From: Rickettsiales bacterium
GTDB lineage: Bacteria > Pseudomonadota > Alphaproteobacteria > Rickettsiales > RI-342
Length of the DNA stretch: 64,000 nucleotides
Direction of reading: 5' to 3'
Assembly: GCA_044368015.1 (NCBI GenBank)
Contig: JBIPLF010000005.1
Coordinates: 2,985 to 66,984 of the forward strand
Position numbers and translations under genes: made by a program. A model generated the notes under the pieces. It saw only the letters and a program-made list of their open reading frames with translations. It was not told where the DNA came from and made no database searches. Shown in pieces: positions 57,313 to 64,000 of the stretch (the first letter of the stretch is position 1; each line of letters opens with the position of its first letter).

Positions 57313-57640
57313 ATGGTTATGAAGGTCAATGGAAATGAAGGCGGCCCGATCGTTAATCTTTATACAGGAGATCGTGGTGCATTTCAGGTGGGCGGGCAAG
57401 GCTACAGCATTAACATATTGGATCAACAGCGTAACGAGTTGGATACTTTCACCCCCCCCCCCCGCAGGGCAGGATGCGGTGGAGTATGTGGCGAACGCGT
57501 TAACTGGTGCCGTGCTCAAACACGGGGCCGGTGAGATACACGGCGTTGATATCGATCGTCGCTATGATGATAATGCACGGAGTAAACACTGGATCGCAGA
57601 TGTGGCCACAACGCTGCGTAACAATGGAGTTGTGAAATAG
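57313..57640 (+). pseudogene. Small gene split by a C12 tract (two frames: 57313-57534 and the tail of 57329-57640)
   Basis: In frame 1, MVMKVNGNEGGPIVNLYTGDRGAFQVGGQGYSINILDQQRNELDTFTPPP looks protein-like up to the tract. After the tract, frame 2 (AGQDAVEYVANALTGAVLKHGAGEIHGVDIDRRYDDNARSKHWIADVATTLRNNGVVK) looks protein-like, while frame 1 turns Arg/Cys-rich. Confidence 0.5.
57452..57463 (+). repeat. Homopolymeric C12 tract
   Basis: Read directly from the sequence. Confidence 0.95.
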
Positions 57641-57692
57641 AAACGTGTATTATTGTTATTCTCAAACGCAATGATCGAAAAGGATAATCCTC

Positions 57693-57950
57693 ATGATAAC
57701 CATTACAGGAAGAATTGTTGTAGAACAAGACGGGGCCACCACTACAGTGGTTGAAGCCACCTTGCCGGATGGAGGCAAACTCGGCGTAGACAGTCTTACA
57801 TTCGCTGAGCACGGCGGCAAACCAGCAGCCGTGAGAAATCTAGCAGAAAGATTATCTTGCGAACCGGAAGTAGAAACAGGCATCGGCGGACTCAAGCAGG
57901 TAATCGACAGCGCCTGGAATCAGCCTGGGCAAGGTTTTACTGCAAGCTAA
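57693..57950 (+). CDS. Hypothetical small protein (85 aa)
   Basis: ORF in the same visibly low-G+C islet. Weak SD (AAGGAT); no recognisable family. Confidence 0.4.
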   Translation: MITITGRIVVEQDGATTTVVEATLPDGGKLGVDSLTFAEHGGKPAAVRNLAERLSCEPEVETGIGGLKQVIDSAWNQPGQGFTAS

Positions 57951-57968
57951 AACGGCGAAAATACAGGC

Positions 57969-59261
57969 TCACTCCTCCCCTACATCGCGCCCATATTCCT
58001 GTAGCTTGTTGCGCAGGGTGCGGATGGAGATGCCTAGAATCGTCGCCGCTTTGGTGCGGTTGCCCATGCAATGGTCGAGCGTTTCAAGAATCAGGTCACG
58101 CTCCACACTTGCCACCGTGCGCCCGACATGGGATTTGGAGGCAACCTCCCCCGCGGCCGCACGCGGCGGGGTGAGCATCAGGGCGGAGGGGTCGATCTCC
58201 TCGCCTCGCGCCAGCAGCACGGCGCGGTGGACGGTGTTTTCCAGCTCGCGCACATTGCCCGGCCAGGGGTGGGCTTTCAGCATGGCAAGCGCCTTATCAC
58301 CGAAATGCCGGGGGCTTAGGTGATTCAGCTCCGAATAGCGCGCCGCAAAATGGCGAGCAAGCGCCGGGATATCCTCCTGCCGTTCACGAAGAGGGGGAAG
58401 ATGCAACGTAATCACATTGAGACGGAAGAATAAATCCTCACGGAATTTTCCCTCTGCCACATAGTCTGGCAGGTTGCGGTTGCTGGTGGCGAGAATCCGC
58501 AGATCCACCTTCACCGGCGCGGTACCGCCCACCCGGTCGATCTCGCGCTCCTGAATGGCCCGCAGCAGCTTGGATTGCAACCGCAGTTCCATCTCGCTGA
58601 TTTCATCCAGCAACAGGGTGCCGCCGCTGGCTTCCTCGAATTTCCCCACCCGACGCGCCACCGCTCCGGTGAAAGCGCCTTTTTCGTGACCAAACAGCTC
58701 CGATTCCAGCAGATTATCGGGAATCGCCGCGCAATTGACCGAGACAAACCGCTTTTGCGCCCGGCGGCTTTTTTCGTGGATAAACCGGGCCATCACTTCT
58801 TTACCGGTCCCGGATTCCCCGGTAATCAGCACGCTGGCATCCGATGGCGCAATCCGTTCGGCCAGTTCCAGCACCTGCTGCATCGCGGGAGACGAAACCA
58901 CCAGGCTTTGCTGCTCGTCGGCGATCGCCTCCAGCACCGCGGCGATCATTTCGGCATCGGGCGGGAAGGGCAAAAATTCCATCGCCCCGGCCTTAATGGC
59001 ACGCACGGCGTCGCTGCTGGACGCATTCAGCCCGCAGGCCACGACGGGGACGTTGATATGCTCCGCCCGCAAGGAGGCAATGAGCCGGGGAATATCCCCG
59101 CGCGCTTCCATCAGAATCAGTTCGGCACCCTGCCCGGAACGCACCAATTCCAGCGCCGCGTCGATGTCGTCGGCCTGTGCAACCTCCGCGCCGCGCTCCC
59201 GCGCAATGCGGCTGGCCGCGCCGATCTGTCCTTCCAGCGTACCGATAATGAGCAATCGCAT
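57969..59261 (-). CDS. flbD: Sigma-54-dependent transcriptional regulator, FlbD-like (flagellar class III/IV activator)
   Basis: [12 protein letters not shown]... is a receiver-like domain without the usual acidic pocket, like recalled Caulobacter FlbD (MRLLVVGKLNGQ). Also contains [23 protein letters not shown] and a C-terminal [23 protein letters not shown]. Confidence 0.88.
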   Translation of the reverse strand: MRLLIIGTLEGQIGAASRIARERGAEVAQADDIDAALELVRSGQGAELILMEARGDIPRLIASLRAEHINVPVVACGLNASSSDAVRAIKAGAMEFLPFPPDAEMIAAVLEAIADEQQSLVVSSPAMQQVLELAERIAPSDASVLITGESGTGKEVMARFIHEKSRRAQKRFVSVNCAAIPDNLLESELFGHEKGAFTGAVARRVGKFEEASGGTLLLDEISEMELRLQSKLLRAIQEREIDRVGGTAPVKVDLRILATSNRNLPDYVAEGKFREDLFFRLNVITLHLPPLRERQEDIPALARHFAARYSELNHLSPRHFGDKALAMLKAHPWPGNVRELENTVHRAVLLARGEEIDPSALMLTPPRAAAGEVASKSHVGRTVASVERDLILETLDHCMGNRTKAATILGISIRTLRNKLQEYGRDVGEE

Positions 59262-59429
59262 AGCAACAGCTTTAACGGCTTTACGGTAAAGATCAAGTTA
59301 ACCTGTACCGCTATTCACTGCTTACCTCCTGATTGAACTGCCGGTGAGGATAATATAGCGATTGGCTTTTGTGAGCGGGCTGATATAAACGCGGTTTGGA
59401 AGATCGATTCACACGGAGAGGGAGGCACC

Positions 59430-59933
59430 ATGGCAGGCAGCGTTAATAAGGTTATTCTGGTTGGAAATCTGGGGGCAGACCCGGAAATTCGCAGCACGCA
59501 GGACGGGCGCGAGATCGCCAAGCTGCGTATCGCCACCTCGGAGTCCTGGAAGGACCGCGCCAGTGGGGAGCGCCGCGAGCGCACCGAATGGCACAATGTG
59601 GTGATTTTCAGCGACGCGCTGGTGAATGTGGTGAAGAACTACACCCATAAAGGCTCCAAGCTGTATATCGAAGGCGCACTGCAAACCCGGAAATGGACCG
59701 ACCAACAAGGTCAGGAACGCTACACCACCGAAGTGGTGCTGCAAGGGTTCAACGCCACCCTCACCCTGCTCGACAGCAAGGGGTCAGGCGGCGGAGCGGG
59801 CGCGGGCTATAACGATAATTACAGTGGCCAATCGGCCCCCAGCGGCGGCGGTTATGCGCCCTCCTATCCGGGCAACAATGCGCCTGCTATGGCCGGTGCC
59901 GGTGGCGAACTGGACGATGAAGTGCCGTTTTAG
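59430..59933 (+). CDS. ssb: Single-stranded DNA-binding protein
   Basis: MAGSVNKVILVGNLGADPEIR, a Gly-rich linker, and the acidic tail DDEVPF. Confidence 0.97.
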   Translation: MAGSVNKVILVGNLGADPEIRSTQDGREIAKLRIATSESWKDRASGERRERTEWHNVVIFSDALVNVVKNYTHKGSKLYIEGALQTRKWTDQQGQERYTTEVVLQGFNATLTLLDSKGSGGGAGAGYNDNYSGQSAPSGGGYAPSYPGNNAPAMAGAGGELDDEVPF

Positions 59934-59942
59934 GAGTTGTCA

Positions 59943-59993
59943 GTTGTGAGTTGCCAGTTATCAGAACTCCCTTGCCGACTGGCAACTCACAAC
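59943..59993. repeat. Inverted repeat built from the AACTGGC/GCCAGTT module
   Basis: GTTGTGAGTTGCCAGT-19 nt-ACTGGCAACTCACAAC gives a 16-bp perfect stem. A further ACTGGCAACT copy follows. Confidence 0.9.
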
Positions 59994-60013
59994 TAATCAC
60001 TGGCAACTCCCCC

Positions 60014-60868
60014 ATGTCCCTCTTCTACGTCAATGGCCACTACGTCCCCCGCGCTCACGCGATGCTTCCGGTGGAGGACCGCGCCACGCAGTTTGGCGAC
60101 AGCGTGTATGAAGTGATTGCGCTTCAGGAGGGCGGCCTGATTGATGCCGAACCGCATTTTGCGCGGCTGGAACGCTCGCTGGCCGAGCTTTCGATTCCCC
60201 TGCCCATGCCGATTGCGGCGCTCAAACTCATCTGCCGCGAGGTAATCCGCCGCAACCGGCGGCGCGATGGCGGCCTGTATATTCAGATCACCCGTGGGGT
60301 AGCCCCGCGCCTGCACGCCTTCCCCGCCGATATTACCCCAAGCGTCGTCGTGTGCGTGCTCAATGCCCGCTGGCCGAGTGACGCGGTGGTGGCGAAGGGT
60401 GTCGGCGCCCGCATTCTCCCCGATATCCGTTGGGGACGGCGCGACATCAAAACCACCGGACTCCTCCCCAATGTGCTGGGCAAGCAAGCAGCCCTTGATA
60501 GCGGCGCGAAAGAAGCGATTTTTGTGGAGCCAGACGGCACCGTGACCGAAGGCTCGGCAACCAATCTGTTTATCATCACGGCAGAGGGCGAGCTGTGGAC
60601 CCACCCGACCGATACCCATATTCTGTGCGGCGTCACCCGCAATGTGATTCTGGCACTGGCGAAAGCGCAAGGGATTCCGGTGCGCGAGCAGCGCTTCACC
60701 CGCGAGGCGCTGATGGCCGCCCGCGAGGTCTTTGTCAGCGGTACCGTCTCGCGGCTTACCCCCATTGTGCGGCTGGATGATACGCCTGTTGGCAACGGCC
60801 TGCCGGGCGAAATCACCCTCTCCTTATGGCGGGCGCTCACCGCCCATTGCGAAGCGCAGGTCGCATGA
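60014..60868 (+). CDS. Class IV aminotransferase (D-amino-acid transaminase-like)
   Basis: MSLFYVNGHYVP...EDRATQFGDSVYEVI. Start trimmed to ATG 60014, since the upstream part of the ORF is repeat-encoded. Confidence 0.85.
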   Translation: MSLFYVNGHYVPRAHAMLPVEDRATQFGDSVYEVIALQEGGLIDAEPHFARLERSLAELSIPLPMPIAALKLICREVIRRNRRRDGGLYIQITRGVAPRLHAFPADITPSVVVCVLNARWPSDAVVAKGVGARILPDIRWGRRDIKTTGLLPNVLGKQAALDSGAKEAIFVEPDGTVTEGSATNLFIITAEGELWTHPTDTHILCGVTRNVILALAKAQGIPVREQRFTREALMAAREVFVSGTVSRLTPIVRLDDTPVGNGLPGEITLSLWRALTAHCEAQVA

Positions 60869-60878
60869 GTCGTATTAC

Positions 60879-60966
60879 GTCATTGCGAGCGACCGCAGGG
60901 AGCGTGGCAATCCAGAAAACGGATTGTAGCTGGATTGCTTCGTCGTCTACGACTCCTCGCAATGAC
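60879..60966. repeat. Family C palindromic element
   Basis: GTCATTGCGAGCGACCGCAGGGAGCGTGGCAATCCAG...CTGGATTGCTTCG...CTCGCAATGAC. Confidence 0.85.
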
Positions 60967-60980
60967 GGGAAGGGTGCAGC

Positions 60981-61358
60981 ATGAGTCCCTGGCTGTTCCT
61001 CTTCGCCTCAATTGCGCTCGAAATCACCGCCACCACGCTGCTGCGGATGTCCGAGGGTTTCGCGCATATGCAGTATGCGGTGATTTCGGTCTGCCTGTAT
61101 ATTGTGTGCTTCTTTTGTTTTTCGCAAAGCCTGAAGGTGATTCCGCTCAGCGTCGCCATTTCCATCTGGTCGGGGGTGGGAGTGTTGTGCATTTCCCTCA
61201 TCAGTGCGCGGTTGTTTGCGGAGGGCTTCCCGCCACTTAAAATTGCGCTGATTGGTATGGTTGTCACCGGCTGCGTGGGGCTGATGGCGATCACGAAGAC
61301 GCAGGATTCAGGTGCCGGGATTCAGGATTCAGAACAGAAGCAAGGACCCGTCTCGTGA
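60981..61358 (+). CDS. SMR family small multidrug resistance transporter
   Basis: MSPWLFLFASIALEITATTLLRMSEGF (with the conserved membrane Glu) and four TM segments. The C-terminal tail TQDSGAGIQDSEQ is encoded by GGATTCA heptamers. Confidence 0.88.
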   Translation: MSPWLFLFASIALEITATTLLRMSEGFAHMQYAVISVCLYIVCFFCFSQSLKVIPLSVAISIWSGVGVLCISLISARLFAEGFPPLKIALIGMVVTGCVGLMAITKTQDSGAGIQDSEQKQGPVS

Positions 61359-62935
61359 CCCCCCTCTGGACCGCCGCGGAAGTGCGCGAAGCCACGCATG
61401 GCACCGGAGCGGGCGAGTGGCAGGCCAGTGGCGTTTCCATTGATACCCGCAGCCTGCAACCGGGCGACCTGTTCATTGCACTCACCGGATCGCAAAGCGA
61501 CGGGCACCGCTATCTGGCACAGGCAGCCGAGAAGGGCGCCGTGGCGGCGATCGTCTCGCAGGAGGTGGCATCCCCCCTCCCCTCCATCCGCGTCCCGGAT
61601 ACCGAAAAGGCGCTGTGGGCACTTGGAGTGGCGGCACGCGCACGCACGCAGGCGACCATCCTCGCCGTAACGGGGAGTGTGGGCAAAACCACCGCCAAGG
61701 AAATGCTGCGCGCCGCTTTCGCCGCCTATGGCACCACCTACGCTACCGGCGGCAATTTCAACAACCATCTGGGTGCGCCGCTCAGCCTCGCCCGGATGCC
61801 CCGCGATACCGAGTACGGTATTTTTGAACTGGGCATGAACCATGCGGGCGAACTTGCCGCCCTCACCCGGCTGGTCACGCCGCATGTGGCGATGATCACC
61901 ACCGTAGCCGCCGCGCATCTGGAGCATTTTGCCTCCGAGGCCGCGATTGCCGACGCCAAGGCCGAGATTTTTGAGGGGCTTTCCAGAAAGCAGGTTTCAG
62001 GATTCAGGATTCAGGCACAGGGCATCGCCCTGATCCCCAGCGACAATCCCCACACCCCCCGGCTGCGGGAAGCGGCAACGCACCATGCCACCCGCATTGC
62101 CGCCTTCGGGCGTAGCGGCGATACCGATATGCAGGTGGTGGGAACGGTGCCGGAGGGGGAAAGACTTCGCGTCTCCCTTCATTTAAAGCACACATCCCCC
62201 CCCCTCCCTATCCCTCCCCCGCAAGCGGGAGAGGGAACCGGATGCAGCATCACGCCTCACGACCAGCATCTGTTTACAGGAGAGGCCTTTCCTCCGGTCC
62301 CCTCTCCCGCGGAGCGGGGGAGGTTGGAGGCAGTGCCTCCAAGGGAGGAGGTAACACACAACTGGCAACTGACAACTGGCAACTATTCCCTCTCCCTGCC
62401 CTCTCTCGCCGAGCATTGGGCAGACCTCGCCGCGCTGACCCTGCTGGCGGTGACGTCCCTGCATCTGCCGCCCGCGCCCGCGATGGCCGCACTGGAAACC
62501 ATGCCGGTTCCCGAAGGGCGCGGCGGTTGGCGAACCGCGACCATCAACGGGGCGTCGATCCGGGTGATGGATGATAGCTACAATGCCAACCCCGCTTCGA
62601 TGGCGGCAGCACTCTGCACCTTTGCCCGTACGCCGGTCACAGGGCGACGCATTGCACTGCTGGGGGATATGCTGGAGCTGGGACCGGGCGCGCCCCGCTT
62701 CCACCGCGAGTTGGCGGCAGTGATTGCCCCCCTCCCCCTTGATCTGGTCGGTAGCTCCGGACCGTTGATGCGCCATCTGCATGACGCGTTGCCGGAAGGG
62801 CTGCGCGGTCCCCATGCCGAGACGCCGGAAACCTTATGGGAACGGCTTCAACCGCAACTCAGGGCAGGCGACGCGCTCCTCATCAAAGGTTCGCATGGCA
62901 GCGGGATGTATCGGTTGGTGAAGGGGTTATCCTGA
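61355..62935 (+). CDS. murF: UDP-N-acetylmuramoyl-tripeptide--D-alanyl-D-alanine ligase, carrying in-frame repeat insertions
   Basis: Contains LQPGDLFIAL, TGSVGKTTAKEM, NNHLGAPLSL and DSYNANP. Interrupted at 61994-62020 and 62198-62386. The GTG start overlaps the SMR stop. Confidence 0.92.
   Translation: MTPLWTAAEVREATHGTGAGEWQASGVSIDTRSLQPGDLFIALTGSQSDGHRYLAQAAEKGAVAAIVSQEVASPLPSIRVPDTEKALWALGVAARARTQATILAVTGSVGKTTAKEMLRAAFAAYGTTYATGGNFNNHLGAPLSLARMPRDTEYGIFELGMNHAGELAALTRLVTPHVAMITTVAAAHLEHFASEAAIADAKAEIFEGLSRKQVSGFRIQAQGIALIPSDNPHTPRLREAATHHATRIAAFGRSGDTDMQVVGTVPEGERLRVSLHLKHTSPPLPIPPPQAGEGTGCSITPHDQHLFTGEAFPPVPSPAERGRLEAVPPREEVTHNWQLTTGNYSLSLPSLAEHWADLAALTLLAVTSLHLPPAPAMAALETMPVPEGRGGWRTATINGASIRVMDDSYNANPASMAAALCTFARTPVTGRRIALLGDMLELGPGAPRFHRELAAVIAPLPLDLVGSSGPLMRHLHDALPEGLRGPHAETPETLWERLQPQLRAGDALLIKGSHGSGMYRLVKGLS
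62198..62386. repeat. Family P palindromic element + ACTGGCAACT module inside murF
   Basis: 189 nt (63 codons). The arms match the copy at 52875-53078, and the central ~52 nt is the reverse complement of that copy. Confidence 0.85.
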
Positions 62936-62947
62936 AGCGTGTCCCCC

Positions 62948-63715
62948 CTACTCCACGCTCTTTGCCTTGCAGGTGGCGAAGTCAGGGCAGCGGGCGGCGA
63001 GTTCGGCGGTGGCGGAACCAATCAGCGCGGCGCCGCTGGCTTTGACGGGTAGCATACCGGCATTATCCTCCACCCAGATGGTGATGTCCGGCTCCTGATT
63101 TTGCATCTTTTTTATTTCCTTATCCGTGAAACCGGCAATCGGGTCACGTCGGAAACGGAAGCCCAGCAGGTCGTCCTTGGCACCCACATAGCGTAAGCGG
63201 AGATCGGCCAGCCGCCGCCCATCATACATGGGAGTGCTGTAAGAGACCGGCGCGGTTCCGGCCTTCCATTCGCGTAATTTCTGCCACACCAGTGGAATCA
63301 TGGTGAGGGTGTCGTACGCCCCGTTGCGTTGGCCGTCTGGCACTTTTTTGCGCTTCCACACCGGGTCCGGCGGAGAGTAGGAATCGCTGATAATCCGTCG
63401 CTGACGGTCCCAGAAGAGGGTGATGCGTTTTTCGCCGCTCTTGCGGGTGCGGGACCAGGTTTCAAACCGCTGGGGGATGTAGTCTTTCCCCTCGCGAATG
63501 CCCTCTACCGTGGTGAGGCTTTTGTATTTGCTGATGCTGCGGGCCAGCCCCAGCGCCACCATATCCACCTTGATGCGATAGCTGGTTGCGTCTTCCTGAA
63601 CTTCCGCCACCAGATTGCCGATATGCATCGGCCCCCAATAGACGCGGTACCACGCGGCTTGTGTCGCGGCGTGGAGGGGGGGGGCGAGGAGGAGGAACAG
63701 GAGGAGCGCCGTCAT
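62948..63715 (-). CDS. DUF3108 domain protein (secreted)
   Basis: Start trimmed to ATG 63715 (MTALLLFLLLAPPLHA, a signal peptide). YRVYWGPMHIGNLV...YDTLTMIPLV... matches the recalled DUF3108 pattern. The upstream part of the ORF is repeat-encoded. Confidence 0.8.
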   Translation of the reverse strand: MTALLLFLLLAPPLHAATQAAWYRVYWGPMHIGNLVAEVQEDATSYRIKVDMVALGLARSISKYKSLTTVEGIREGKDYIPQRFETWSRTRKSGEKRITLFWDRQRRIISDSYSPPDPVWKRKKVPDGQRNGAYDTLTMIPLVWQKLREWKAGTAPVSYSTPMYDGRRLADLRLRYVGAKDDLLGFRFRRDPIAGFTDKEIKKMQNQEPDITIWVEDNAGMLPVKASGAALIGSATAELAARCPDFATCKAKSVE

Positions 63716-63976
63716 CCTGAGGGGGCTTGCCCCCGAAGGATCGCTCCGTTTACGAAACAGAGGGTGTTTCCTCGTTTTTCCCGCACGCAGCCATTCGTCA
63801 CTCTTTCCGGAGTGAGGGGGTGTCATGCTGAACGGAGTGAAGCATCGCTCCACTGGCGTTAACCTATCCGTACGGAGAGATCCTTCGGGGATAAACCCCT
63901 CAGGATGACGCAACCTATCCACGCTACGCCAAGCGGGGAGATACTTCCCCTTCGCTACGCTCAGCGTCAGGATGAC
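63711..63976. repeat. Cluster of nested family B palindromic elements
   Basis: GTCATCCTGAGGGGGC..., GTCATGCTGAACGGAGTGAAGCATCGC..., CCTCAGGATGACGC... and GCGTCAGGATGAC. Confidence 0.8.
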
Positions 63977-64000
63977 GCCCCTCATCATGTGCCTACCCCT

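Noticed and set aside
59943-60010. ACTGGCAACT / GCCAGTT modules considered as sigma-54 (-24/-12) promoters, given the nearby FlbD-like activator.
   Set aside because: TGGCA is present, but the required GG-N10-GC spacing with a TTGC -12 element is not met in any copy. The modules also occur inside coding regions and as hairpins, so they fit the dispersed repeat families better.

Overview
This is a high-G+C chromosomal segment that looks alphaproteobacterial, based on a FlbD-type sigma-54 regulator, argD-argF-hslO synteny and a DUF1192 gene. All calls come from reading the ORF translations and the DNA by eye; no searches were run. About 50 protein genes are supported. Most are housekeeping: dnaK/dnaJ, lipA, thiE, efp, ispA, tlyA, ftsA, ftsZ, queE, ligA, argD, argF, hslO, rimK, lepA, ilvC, ssb, murF, plus msbA-like and pmbA-like genes. 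I found no rRNA, tRNA or CRISPR array. Six things stand out. (1) An orphan operon (2.5-5.7 kb) carries three tandem VirB2/TrbC-type pilin-like genes, one fused to a nine-unit Cys-pair repeat domain, with no type IV secretion machinery in the window. (2) Five prepilin-type (GF[ST]L[VI]EL) genes lie in three loci. Two loci are followed by large paralogous proteins (738 and 658 aa) of unknown function. No pilus ATPase, platform protein or secretin is present. Heptanucleotide or poly-C tracts sit at the 5' ends of three of these genes. (3) At least four families of short nested palindromic (MITE/REP-like) repeats fill most intergenic spacers. Copies sit in frame inside a hisN-like gene, murF and the 738-aa gene, in the manner of Rickettsia palindromic elements. 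(4) Three or four small ORFs share a conserved upstream element containing a Pho-box-like direct repeat. (5) One ORF fuses a GH13 alpha-glucosidase to glycogen synthase. (6) A small gene is split by a C12 tract. Many long ORFs in the supplied track are antisense shadows typical of high-G+C DNA and were not called.
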